A program made the position numbers and the translations under genes. This document shows positions 42,165-51,215 of a stretch of DNA of 64,000 nucleotides, in pieces. The DNA is from an uncultured Eubacteriales bacterium (lineage in GTDB: Bacteria; Bacillota; Clostridia; Christensenellales; UBA1242): NCBI GenBank assembly GCA_948695535.1, contig CAPRTS010000004.1, positions 37,608 through 101,607 of the forward strand, in the 5' to 3' direction. How positions within the stretch are numbered: position 1 is the stretch's first letter; every line of letters starts with the position of its first letter. The notes under the pieces were generated by a model. That model had not been told where the DNA came from, did not search any database, and worked only from the letters and a program-made list of their open reading frames with translations.

Positions 42165-42617
42165 ATGATAGCACAAAAATCTTTTTTCGCAGACCAGCAA
42201 AATACTAAACGTGAATGGTTGCTAATTGACGCTACGGGTTTACCGGTTGGTCGTCTTTGCAGCCGCGTGGCTTTGATCTTACGTGGTAAGCACAAACCGA
42301 CTTATACACCGCATCATGATGCCGGTGATTACGTTATTATTATCAATGCTGAAAAGGCCATCTTTACCGGCAAAAAAATGACTGATAAATATTATTTCAG
42401 TTATAGTGGTTACGTTGGTGGTGATAAATATGTGCAAGCTAAGGAAGCAATGCACAAAAATCCGGCGTGGGTCATTGAACACGCCATCAAAGGTATGTTG
42501 CCCAAAAATTCTTTGGGTCGTGAAATGTTCAAAAAATTAAAAGTTTACAACAATGCGGAACACCCGCACGCTGCACAAAAACCGCGTAAGGTAGACATTA
42601 AAGGGAAGGCAAATTAA
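42165..42617 (+). CDS. rplM: 50S ribosomal protein L13
   Basis: [33 protein letters not shown], typical of L13. Followed by S9. Confidence 0.95.
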   Translation: MIAQKSFFADQQNTKREWLLIDATGLPVGRLCSRVALILRGKHKPTYTPHHDAGDYVIIINAEKAIFTGKKMTDKYYFSYSGYVGGDKYVQAKEAMHKNPAWVIEHAIKGMLPKNSLGREMFKKLKVYNNAEHPHAAQKPRKVDIKGKAN

Positions 42618-42619
42618 TT

Positions 42620-43024
42620 ATGGCAGTAAAGAAAAACACAGTAGCACAAACTTTGGGTACGGGGCGTCGTAAATCCAGCATCGCCCGTGTTCGCTTAGTG
42701 GCCGGTACGGGTAAGGTTATTATTAACCAAAAACCGTTGGAAGAATATTTTGGTGATGGTTTTATGCGCTTAACGGTTAATCAACCGTTCACTTTGTTAA
42801 ACGTGGCTACGTTTGACGCTTTGGTTACGGTCAATGGTGGTGGCTTAGCGGGGCAAGCGGGGGCAATCCGTCACGGTATTGCGCGAGCCTTGGTAAAAGA
42901 AGATGAAAGTTATAAAGCAGAATTGAAAAAGGCTGGTTTCTTAACGCGTGATCCACGTATGAAAGAACGTAAAAAATACGGCTTGAAAAAAGCCCGACGG
43001 GCGCCACAATTTTCAAAGCGATAA
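42620..43024 (+). CDS. rpsI: 30S ribosomal protein S9
   Basis: [14 protein letters not shown]...[19 protein letters not shown]...[25 protein letters not shown]. Confidence 0.95.
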   Translation: MAVKKNTVAQTLGTGRRKSSIARVRLVAGTGKVIINQKPLEEYFGDGFMRLTVNQPFTLLNVATFDALVTVNGGGLAGQAGAIRHGIARALVKEDESYKAELKKAGFLTRDPRMKERKKYGLKKARRAPQFSKR

Positions 43025-43063
43025 TTATTTGCTTTTTGGTATTATATGGCGGTATAATATTTT

Positions 43064-43891
43064 ATGGCGAATATCAATATTGTTGCCGAGTTTGCTGGTG
43101 ATAATTTAAAATTATTCAAACGCGGGTTGGGTATCATTTTTAATGAGGAAATTAATCCGCAATTAAAAAAGGATATTCGCCGCGTAATGCCTGAACAACA
43201 ACAAAAAAAGATTGCCGTAGTGGCTGGTGCCGGGGCGACCGAAGAACGTACGGCTACTGAAAAAGCAATTTTATACAGTGCGGGTTTCTGCGAATTAGTT
43301 TACGTACAGCCTACTGTGGCCTTGGCGGCCTATTTTGGATACCAATTTAACGAAACAATGCCGGTAATGTCAGTAGTAATTGGTGAAGATGCAACTGATT
43401 TAGCGATTATTTTGGGTGATAAGATTTTGTACAGCGGCATCTTGGATATAGGGGTTAATACGTGTTTGTCGGCCATTGCTGACTTTATCAACGAAAAATT
43501 CAATGTGGAAATTGGCTACGAAAAAACAAGAGATATTTTTAACAACGTTGCGTCTTTATTACCAAATGACAGCCGTTTTGCTAAATATCCTGAATTTATT
43601 ATTAAAGCCGAACAGGTACGTGAAATTGTTTATCCGTTGTACGAACAAATAATTGGGGCAATCAACCACTTGTTATCGGAAGCCAGTGTTGAAATTATTC
43701 GACAAATTAACAGTACCGGAGTAGTGTTCGGGGGCATTGGGGCGGGCGTTCGCGGGTTACCGGAAGCGGTGTATTCCGTTATTGGGCTGCAATCTTTAAT
43801 TGCCGACGACCATAACAACGCGACTTTATTAGGAACTGGTAACTTATTAGCTGCTGGTAAAACGTTTCTAAAAATGGCAATTGACGCATAA
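43064..43891 (+). CDS. divergent MreB/actin-fold protein with degenerate nucleotide-binding motifs
   Basis: Collinear with MreB by eye. EFAGDNL replaces DLGTANT, VIGEDATD replaces DIGGGTTE, and FGGIGAGV replaces LTGGGALL. Subdomain IB region is shortened. 275 aa. Confidence 0.55.
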   Translation: MANINIVAEFAGDNLKLFKRGLGIIFNEEINPQLKKDIRRVMPEQQQKKIAVVAGAGATEERTATEKAILYSAGFCELVYVQPTVALAAYFGYQFNETMPVMSVVIGEDATDLAIILGDKILYSGILDIGVNTCLSAIADFINEKFNVEIGYEKTRDIFNNVASLLPNDSRFAKYPEFIIKAEQVREIVYPLYEQIIGAINHLLSEASVEIIRQINSTGVVFGGIGAGVRGLPEAVYSVIGLQSLIADDHNNATLLGTGNLLAAGKTFLKMAIDA

Positions 43892-43900
43892 ATTGATGGT

Positions 43901-44701
43901 GTGCGATTCTTTATTCACCCACTGTTTATATTGGTCGCTGGCTTAGCCTTTTTTTACTCGGCGGGGCACTTTTTTGTAGCGTTAATTATCGCGGTATTAC
44001 TGCACGAATCTGCTCACATCTTAGCCGCAAAGCATTACGGACTTTCGCCGTCGCGCTTAGCGTTGACACCGTTTGGTGGGGCAGTAAATTTACAAACTGA
44101 ATTTTTGACGGTTCAGCAACGAAACTTGATCTACTTGGCTGGGCCGGCAGGTAGTTTGTTGTTGACAATGTTTTTTGGGGTGTTAGTGTGGCTGTTCCCG
44201 GTAGTATTTGGTTATTTGGAATATTTGGTCGTGGCAAACTTTTTGGTGGGAATGATGAATGTATTGCCCGTTTATCCTTTGGATGGCGGTAAGGTTATTG
44301 CGGGTTTAGTAAAGCCAAAATACGTGTTATGGTGGTCAAACTTAACCTTTGCGTTAGTATTATTAGTGGCAATAATTAAATTTAATTTTGGTTGGATTGC
44401 TTTCGCGGTAATGGTATTGGTGCAAATTAATTGGGAATACCGTGCTACGACCTATCATGACCATTTCAAACGTTATTGCGGAGCCAAGGTGGGTAAGTAT
44501 GTACAATGCGGAGTTTTGTCATCAATGAAGCTACTGACGGTTTATAAAATGGTTGATGCTCGTCACCCGACTACTTTTGTGGTTACTGATCGTAACGGGC
44601 TAATGTTTGATGAACACGCTTTGGAACAGTGGCTGTTAGCCAACGCTAATGATACGAAAATTGCTTACTGCCTTGACAAAAGCAACACCCATTCAGCATA
44701 A
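43901..44701 (+). CDS. spoIVFB: M50 site-2 metalloprotease, SpoIVFB-like
   Basis: HESAH inside a TM helix and NVLPVYPLDGGKV second motif. Multi-TM N-terminal half plus a soluble C-terminal domain. GTG start. Confidence 0.7.
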   Translation: MRFFIHPLFILVAGLAFFYSAGHFFVALIIAVLLHESAHILAAKHYGLSPSRLALTPFGGAVNLQTEFLTVQQRNLIYLAGPAGSLLLTMFFGVLVWLFPVVFGYLEYLVVANFLVGMMNVLPVYPLDGGKVIAGLVKPKYVLWWSNLTFALVLLVAIIKFNFGWIAFAVMVLVQINWEYRATTYHDHFKRYCGAKVGKYVQCGVLSSMKLLTVYKMVDARHPTTFVVTDRNGLMFDEHALEQWLLANANDTKIAYCLDKSNTHSA

Positions 44702-44726
44702 TGTAATGATTAAGGAGAATTAAAAT

Positions 44727-45281
44727 ATGACCACTGATTATACTCAACAACGCAACTTTATTGCACACTATGCTGATTGCTATAATGCCGATCGTTGTAA
44801 GCGGGTAAAATTGACGCCGCAAATGATGGATAAAATGTACAATTTTTTGTCTAACGCAACCATTGACCAACTTTATAATGCGTGTCAATTCGTGATTGAG
44901 AAAGAAATAAATTACCATTACCGTGACGCTAAGCAAACATCGGTTGACGCGGAAATGGAAGAAACTTACCACATTCTTGGCTTGCATTTTTGGGGAAATT
45001 TGCGTAATCGTTTATACGAGTACAATCGTACCGGGATAAAAGATTTTTATAAGGCGGTGGCAACTGACCAACAGAATATGGCCTATACAGTACATAGTTT
45101 GCAAAAAACTTATACTGAACGCTATGGTTGGCAAAGTACCACTTTGATTGATAATAACCAACAAGGCTTGCAATGTGAACTGGCAACCAGTCAAAGTAAA
45201 TTGGCTTTGTTGCGACAAATTATGAGTTACGCCCCGAAATGGCAGTGCCAAGACCAAGAGCCAGGTCGAGAGCGCGGTTAA
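44727..45281 (+). CDS. hypothetical protein abutting the mobile-element junction (possibly truncated)
   Basis: 184-aa ORF with an AAGGAG SD and no family recognised. Its last 270 nt are overlapped antisense by the recombinase ORF. Confidence 0.5.
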   Translation: MTTDYTQQRNFIAHYADCYNADRCKRVKLTPQMMDKMYNFLSNATIDQLYNACQFVIEKEINYHYRDAKQTSVDAEMEETYHILGLHFWGNLRNRLYEYNRTGIKDFYKAVATDQQNMAYTVHSLQKTYTERYGWQSTTLIDNNQQGLQCELATSQSKLALLRQIMSYAPKWQCQDQEPGRERG

Positions 45282-46805
45282 ACATACATATGGTGGCGTG
45301 GATGGCAGATTGAACGAACTAGCATCATCATAAATCGCGTTATTGATTTTTTGCTCCATATTTTCACTTTTTTCTAAAGACAATCTCTCTTTTGATTTAT
45401 CGACAATGTTGAAAATAACAATAATTTTATTAGGATACAAGCGAATTTCTTTTACTAAGGAATTGATTAACGCTTTTCGAACTTTGACGCTGTTTAATTT
45501 AGTAAATAAGTGTGAACGCAAAAAATCTTCTATATCTGTTTTTTCTAAATAGCCATAACTTCGATTTCTTTCGTTGTTTATCTTGGTTTCAATTTCGTTT
45601 AATTCAACTTCTAATTCATTCAAGCGTTTTTGTGTGAAATCAGAAATAATACCTTGCTCAATTGCTTTAACTATGTTTTGGATAGCCCTAGCAGTTTCTT
45701 TCTTCTTGTTCTCAAGAATGGCCAGATTGGAATCGTCGGTGATTTTCTTATGTAAGTAATCATAAACTTTATTAACAATAAAAATTAAGTTTTCTTCGGT
45801 ATACATTACTTTGCAGATTGTGTCGATGACTAAATCTTCAATATATTCTTTAGCGATTTGTTTAGTATCGCAGCCTTTGGGTTTATGGCGATTTCTATTA
45901 CAAATATAATAATAGTAACTTGTTTTATTCTGACTAGTGCCGCTGACACCAGTCATTTTCTCGTTGCATAAACCACAAACTAATTTACCACTGAGAATGT
46001 AGTTATAAACTGATTTTACCGAATGACGCGAATGCTTATTCTTCTCAAGTAGGGCTTGAACTTGTTCCCAAAGATTATCGTTAATAATTTGTGGATAGAT
46101 ATTAGTAAAGATTTGCCCGCGATGTTCGGTCTTTCCGTTATAGTGTTGTTTGTGTAAAACATGGAAGATATAACGTTCTGTAAAATATTGTCCAGTAGGG
46201 CGCACAAAACCATGGTCATTTAAGTCATCAGCAATTTCATGTGCGGTATAACCTTGGGCATATTTAGTAAAAATTAAGTTAATGATTTTGCGTTCTTTTT
46301 CATTGATAACAAATTTTTTATTGATAATATCATAACCAATAAGTTTGCCACCACCGGTTGCATTGCCTTTCATCCAACTTTCGTATAAACCGCGATTTAC
46401 TTTTTGGCGTAATTCTGCACTATAATATTGATTAATTCCTACAATAACAGATTCCATTAAAGCTCCTTCGGGGCTATCCGGAATATTTTCCATTACAGAA
46501 ATAAGTTTCACGCCATTGTCTTTTAAGGTTTTTTTATGAATGACAGTTTCATATTGGTCACGGGAAAAACGGTCAAGCTTGTACACTAAAACATAATCCC
46601 ATTTTCGTTTCGCTGAGTCTTTAAGCATTCGTTGAAAATCCTTACGGTTATCATTTGTTCCGGTTACCGCACGATCAATATATTTATCGACAATCACAAT
46701 ACTATTGCGATTGGCATAATCTTGACAAACACGAACTTGTCCCTCAATGCTTTGTTCGGTCTGCTTATCACTGGAATAACGGGCGTAGATTACCGCAGTT
46801 TTCAT
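45012..46805 (-). CDS. large serine recombinase
   Basis: N-terminal resolvase domain (AVIYARYSSDKQ, VYKLDRFSRD), recombinase domain, zinc ribbon (CGLCNEKM...YYYICNRNRHKPKGC) and coiled coil. The last ~90 codons (45012-45281) run antisense through the neighbouring ORF and are probably read-through past the element end. Confidence 0.9.
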   Translation of the reverse strand: MKTAVIYARYSSDKQTEQSIEGQVRVCQDYANRNSIVIVDKYIDRAVTGTNDNRKDFQRMLKDSAKRKWDYVLVYKLDRFSRDQYETVIHKKTLKDNGVKLISVMENIPDSPEGALMESVIVGINQYYSAELRQKVNRGLYESWMKGNATGGGKLIGYDIINKKFVINEKERKIINLIFTKYAQGYTAHEIADDLNDHGFVRPTGQYFTERYIFHVLHKQHYNGKTEHRGQIFTNIYPQIINDNLWEQVQALLEKNKHSRHSVKSVYNYILSGKLVCGLCNEKMTGVSGTSQNKTSYYYYICNRNRHKPKGCDTKQIAKEYIEDLVIDTICKVMYTEENLIFIVNKVYDYLHKKITDDSNLAILENKKKETARAIQNIVKAIEQGIISDFTQKRLNELEVELNEIETKINNERNRSYGYLEKTDIEDFLRSHLFTKLNSVKVRKALINSLVKEIRLYPNKIIVIFNIVDKSKERLSLEKSENMEQKINNAIYDDASSFNLPSTPPYVCLTALSTWLLVLALPFRGVTHNLSQQSQFTLTGCQFTLQALLVIINQSGTLPTIAFSISFLQTMYCIGHILLVSCHRLIKIFYPGTIVLV

Positions 46806-46823
46806 CTTCTCTTTTTCTCCTTT

Positions 46824-46970
46824 TTTGTCTTTCGACGGAGCGTAAAAAACGAAAACTCTTATTTGCTTAATGTTTTAAGTTCTACTGATTTGCCGCAAGG
46901 GCTGGGGACCAGTGCAGTTTACCCTTGCGACAAATATGTTTTCGTTTACGCTCCACAGGCGAAAGACAAA
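46824..46970 (-). ncRNA. nested-stem structured leader (three-way junction) immediately 5' of the recombinase SD
   Basis: Hand-folded stems: 11 bp (46824-34/46960-70), 10 bp (46837-46/46945-54), 7 bp (46850-56/46938-44), 13 bp (46889-901/46922-34), 5 bp (46866-70/46875-79). One position is C.A on the plus strand but G.U on the minus strand. Confidence 0.45.
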
Positions 46971-47375
46971 TCTATGGCTTAACTTTGGTTTTGCTGAATG
47001 AGTAACCACTCTAACAATTCCAAATAGAAACTGTCATCTAGCACTCGAACATCTAACTCGTTTTCCAAAATGACTTCATAGTGGTTTTCCATGTTCACAC
47101 CATAAATAAAAACCACTGAACAATGCTATGGAATGACTGGTTAAGTTTTGGAGCAGAGTAGTGATGTTTTTGACTTATATGGTAGTTCTTGACTTTCTTT
47201 GTCGAAAGTATTGCACTATGGTAATATTTGGGATTATTGTAGAGACGAAAATAAAAACACCAACGATGTCCACAAAAGATTAGTTTTTACCCACGCATAA
47301 TCAAAACATCTCCACTTGTGCCATATCCGTATGAAGCACTAATGTTGTAAAGTGAATCAGCTAAAAGGAGATTTT

Positions 47376-47678
47376 ATGACAGCAGCCGATATTCGTAATG
47401 ATTTACGCGAAATTAAGTATTACTATTCTCGAAAAGAGAACATAGACCAATCTGCGAATGAGACTGGTAAAAGTCAGATTTATGCTTTGGTTGATAAATA
47501 TAACCAAGCCATTTGTGAAGCCCAATGTCGGTTGTACGATATGTATGTTGCCATCTATATGAATAATCTCAGTGTTACGGAATTTGCTGATTCAGTTTCT
47601 TATGCTCCTAATTATGTTTTCAAATTGCACCAACAGTTAATCAAGTTTTTTGAGAATAAGTTCAATGCTGTTTTATAA
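47376..47678 (+). CDS. small helical protein, possible sigma-region-4-like HTH (phage type)
   Basis: 100 aa from ATG 47376 (AAGGAG SD). C-terminal LSVTEFADSVSYAPNYVFKL resembles an HTH. Confidence 0.35.
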   Translation: MTAADIRNDLREIKYYYSRKENIDQSANETGKSQIYALVDKYNQAICEAQCRLYDMYVAIYMNNLSVTEFADSVSYAPNYVFKLHQQLIKFFENKFNAVL

Positions 47679-47787
47679 TCTAAGTTAATGTAGCGAAAAC
47701 CATGCAGAAATTAAAGTTTTCGCTGAATAGAGCGAAAGCTGTTGTATATAATAAATTTAAGTGTTATTATAGTTACAAGGAGAAAAT

Positions 47788-48993
47788 ATGTTACAACGCA
47801 ACGAATATCTTAGTAAGTTAATCAAGTGGAAGCACGAAAAACTTATCAAAGTTGTAACCGGGATAAGAAGGTGTGGAAAATCAACTTTATTAAAATTGTT
47901 TGAGAATTATCTTAAAGACAACGGAGTAAATGATTCTCAAATCATTTCAATCAATTTTGAAGATCTACAATTTGAAGAGTTGCGTGATTATAAAGTGCTA
48001 TATAAATACATTTGTGAAAAGTTATGCAAGGATCAATGGAATTATATTTTGCTTGATGAAATCCAAAATGTTGCTAATTTCCAAAGAGTGGTAGACAGTT
48101 TATATGTACAAGATAAAGTCGATATTTATATTACTGGTTCTAATGCGTATACCTTGTCAGGTGATCTTGCTACCTTACTTTCGGGAAGATATATTGAAAT
48201 ATCCATGTTGCCACTTTCTTTTAAGGAATATTACGAATTAAATGGAAATCTTACCAAAGATGATGCCTTCGCAAGGTACCTGAAAAATGGTGGTTTTCCA
48301 TATACCGCCGTTATGAATAATGACGAAAAAATTGAAGATTACCTTGAAGGTATCTACAATACAATCATTGTTAAGGATGTTGAAGAAAGGCAAAACAGAT
48401 CGAACAAGGATATAAATTTTGACGTGGCATTATTAAAATCTATCACAAGATATTTAGCGGATGTGATTGGTAATCCTGTAAGTATAAAGGGCATTACAGA
48501 TTATCTCAATTCTAACAATCGGAAAGTTTCTGACCATACAGTTAGTACTTATGTTACGGCACTTACAGCCGCATTTATTTTTTATCCAGTTGAGCGTTAC
48601 AATATTCAGGGTAAGGAAATCCTAAAAACGAATAAAAAGTTTTATATCGTTGATGTTGGATTGAGAAATCATCTCATCACAAAACGAAATTTAGATCTGG
48701 GTTTTATGCTTGAAAATATAGTCTACCTTGAACTAATCAGGCGAAATTATAAAGTTAATGTTGGTAAAGTTGGGGATAAGGAAATTGACTTTGTCGTGCA
48801 AAAGAATGGAGTTACTGAATATTTTCAAGTCTCTGCGAACGTGAGTGACGAAAAAACTTTTGCAAGAGAAATTTCCCCGCTTGAATCAGTGAAAGATAAT
48901 TATAAAAAGACCATCTTAACGTTAGATAAATTCACGACCGGTAATTACAATGGAATTCTTGTCGAAAACGCGATCGATTGGTTATTGCAATAA
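47788..48993 (+). CDS. AAA-type ATPase (AAA_14 + DUF4143 architecture)
   Basis: Walker A GIRRCGKST and Walker B ILLDEIQ. Length and C-terminal region fit the DUF4143 ATPase family. Confidence 0.75.
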   Translation: MLQRNEYLSKLIKWKHEKLIKVVTGIRRCGKSTLLKLFENYLKDNGVNDSQIISINFEDLQFEELRDYKVLYKYICEKLCKDQWNYILLDEIQNVANFQRVVDSLYVQDKVDIYITGSNAYTLSGDLATLLSGRYIEISMLPLSFKEYYELNGNLTKDDAFARYLKNGGFPYTAVMNNDEKIEDYLEGIYNTIIVKDVEERQNRSNKDINFDVALLKSITRYLADVIGNPVSIKGITDYLNSNNRKVSDHTVSTYVTALTAAFIFYPVERYNIQGKEILKTNKKFYIVDVGLRNHLITKRNLDLGFMLENIVYLELIRRNYKVNVGKVGDKEIDFVVQKNGVTEYFQVSANVSDEKTFAREISPLESVKDNYKKTILTLDKFTTGNYNGILVENAIDWLLQ

Positions 48994-49065
48994 AAAGCTC
49001 CATGATTAGCTAATTATCTTCAATGTAGGATAAATTTACCACCATTGAAGATTAAAAGTTCACCA

Positions 49066-49096
49066 GTCAAACCATATCATTCGGTTTGGCTTTTTT
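49066..49096 (+). terminator. rho-independent terminator
   Basis: GTCAAACC-ATATCATTC-GGTTTGGC hairpin followed by T6. Confidence 0.6.
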
Positions 49097-49270
49097 CTAT
49101 AATGCTCCCGTTAACTGATTGCTGAGAGCAAAGCGAACTGGCGTTCGTAATTGGCTAGGTCGATTTAAGTTTGCCAAATAGTGGCCACAAGGCAAACAAT
49201 CGCCGGGAATAGTGATTCCATTTTAGAACGCTCTTGGTAAGTTCAGTTAAACGAAAAATGGAGGTGCTGT

Positions 49271-49534
49271 ATGGCAAAACAAAATAAAGAACGCCGTTGG
49301 GCAATCCCCAGTAAGCGCGCGGAAAGCTTTGCAGACGAACGCAGAGCCAAAGTTCACAAGCATGGGGAAAAAGAAGGTAAACCCTTGACCGATTACGAAG
49401 CGGGTTTGCGTTCGGGTTACTTAATGTGTCGTTCCGACCAAGCGGGTTTGTACAAGTACAAAACTGCATTAGGGGAAGGCAAATCAAAAGCCGAAGCGAA
49501 ACGCCTTTCACGCATTATTGGGAAAGGCAAATAA
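49271..49534 (+). CDS. small highly basic protein
   Basis: 87 aa, Lys/Arg-rich, no TM. GGAGGTG SD. First gene of the inovirus-like module. Confidence 0.5.
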   Translation: MAKQNKERRWAIPSKRAESFADERRAKVHKHGEKEGKPLTDYEAGLRSGYLMCRSDQAGLYKYKTALGEGKSKAEAKRLSRIIGKGK

Positions 49535-49543
49535 GGAGGGGAA

Positions 49544-49885
49544 ATGGAAAAGAAAATTTTAGTTGAACGCGAAACTTACGAGAAAAATGGCAAGACTTTT
49601 TACAGTTATTTCGTGAAAGGTACCTTGCGGCGTAAACCAGTAAAAGCCAGTATGTCGCCAATGGATATTGGTGGTTATGCGGTACTGGACATTGTGTTTG
49701 GTAACGCCATGACTGCGGAATTGGTGATTACACCCTACGAACTGCACGATGAAAAGTCGGGGCGCACGATTAACGGTAACTCGTATGCGGTGCGTTCTAC
49801 GGACGAGAATGGGGAAGTCTTTGAATGCAAGATTAAACCCTACCGTAACAGCGACAAAATGCTTTTGCAAATGTTGCTGAAATAA
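49544..49885 (+). CDS. hypothetical protein (ssDNA-binding protein candidate by position only)
   Basis: 113 aa with an AAGGAGG SD and beta-rich composition. Confidence 0.45.
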   Translation: MEKKILVERETYEKNGKTFYSYFVKGTLRRKPVKASMSPMDIGGYAVLDIVFGNAMTAELVITPYELHDEKSGRTINGNSYAVRSTDENGEVFECKIKPYRNSDKMLLQMLLK

Positions 49886-49952
49886 AACTGACGACAGGAC
49901 AAGGGAGTAGTTTAACTACTCTCTTGTTTGCTGTCTTAAAAGGAGAGAAACG

Positions 49953-51215
49953 ATGCGAATTGCAATCAAAATTGCCAATGTGGCGTTAGTATTAGTGACA
50001 GTCATGGCGGTTTTAATGACCTTACTTTTAATCTACTTTAAGACGTTTGGTAAGAACAAACTGCCAACCAGTATCACTTCTACTTATGCCACAACAGTTT
50101 ATGATCCAGTTACTGATCGAGATTTACCAGTGCTGGAAGCTAATTATTATGCAAACAAAAATAACCACGGCTACGAAGTAATTGAGTTTAGGATTAACAG
50201 TTATAGTGGATTGTCGAAATCGGCGGTGTATGCCCGTGGCTTTCAAATGACCTGGGATACGAATGGTAAAATTATCCCGTATGTTAACCCGACTACTGGT
50301 GAAAGCAGTGATGTTTTTTATTACGATAGTTTTAATAATGCTTCGTTTGAAACGGGGCACACCTATGGCTGGGGCGATAAAATGTATATTGATTTGGACG
50401 GCGATACTTATGCTGTGGCCATGGATGGTACTTACCAAACTAGCACCACAGGGTTTGATTTAGGTAAGTCGACCGGTAACTTTTTTAAGGCATTTTTTAC
50501 GGATTGGGGGATGTTTAGCCAAGGTAGTAATTGGAACACAACCACGTATTACGACCACAAATACACCTACGTTGATTTATTACTGAAAATTAGACAAATT
50601 ATTAAGTCAAGTTCAAACGGTACTGGTGATGGTGTACTTAGCTTAATTGACTTAGGCGATTTTTTGCACATTTATGAATTAGACGAACATGGTAATGCTA
50701 AACCCGACCCGATTGGTTATAACGGGTTAATTAATAGTTACTTTACCATGTCCACGCACTATGATCAACGCGGCATGGTTTGGACAAAACAATCTTTATT
50801 TCAAAGTGTAGCCGGTGATAGTGAATTTAATTTGACAGGAATTACTGACGAAGTTGAATATTGGCAAGCAACAACAACTTATAATCTAACTGAACAAAAT
50901 TTTGTGCCACGCTACAGTACGGCGGATAATGGCTTTTATTATGTGTTGCCAACCGAACTGATTAACGAATTAAAGAATTATGACCAGATTGAAATTAATG
51001 TAGTGTTTAATCTTGATAACCTGAATGTCAATGTCTTGGGTTTTGATTATTATGCGCTTAATGGCATTACGGTTAAGCAATTAACCATTAGCAGTACCAC
51101 AGAACGCGAATTTCGTTTAATGGTGGGCTCACTGAAAGATACCGGCTTAACCGCAGAAAGCATTACCACCATCAATGTAAAACTAATTAACACGAATTCG
51201 GGGGTGGTGTTATGA
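49953..51215 (+). CDS. N-terminally TM-anchored protein (virion/adsorption protein candidate)
   Basis: 420 aa with signal-anchor IANVALVLVTVMAVLMTLLLIYF. Translationally coupled to the next gene (ATGA). Confidence 0.55.
   Translation: MRIAIKIANVALVLVTVMAVLMTLLLIYFKTFGKNKLPTSITSTYATTVYDPVTDRDLPVLEANYYANKNNHGYEVIEFRINSYSGLSKSAVYARGFQMTWDTNGKIIPYVNPTTGESSDVFYYDSFNNASFETGHTYGWGDKMYIDLDGDTYAVAMDGTYQTSTTGFDLGKSTGNFFKAFFTDWGMFSQGSNWNTTTYYDHKYTYVDLLLKIRQIIKSSSNGTGDGVLSLIDLGDFLHIYELDEHGNAKPDPIGYNGLINSYFTMSTHYDQRGMVWTKQSLFQSVAGDSEFNLTGITDEVEYWQATTTYNLTEQNFVPRYSTADNGFYYVLPTELINELKNYDQIEINVVFNLDNLNVNVLGFDYYALNGITVKQLTISSTTEREFRLMVGSLKDTGLTAESITTINVKLINTNSGVVL

Noticed and set aside
46632-46982. 116-aa plus-strand ORF (and 46655-46870) spanning the recombinase start and the structured element
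   Set aside because: It overlaps the recombinase N-terminus antisense and runs through the nested stems. It has low-complexity translation and no SD.
48994-49270. Searched for direct repeats (att sites) shared between 48994-49270 and 56586-56718 to delimit the integrase module
   Set aside because: Only short AT-rich similarities (CTAATTA, CAAACCA-type) were found by eye, which is not convincing. The boundaries are left approximate. A GTGGCCAC palindrome within TTTGCC...GGCAAA at ~49170-49196 was seen but has no partner.
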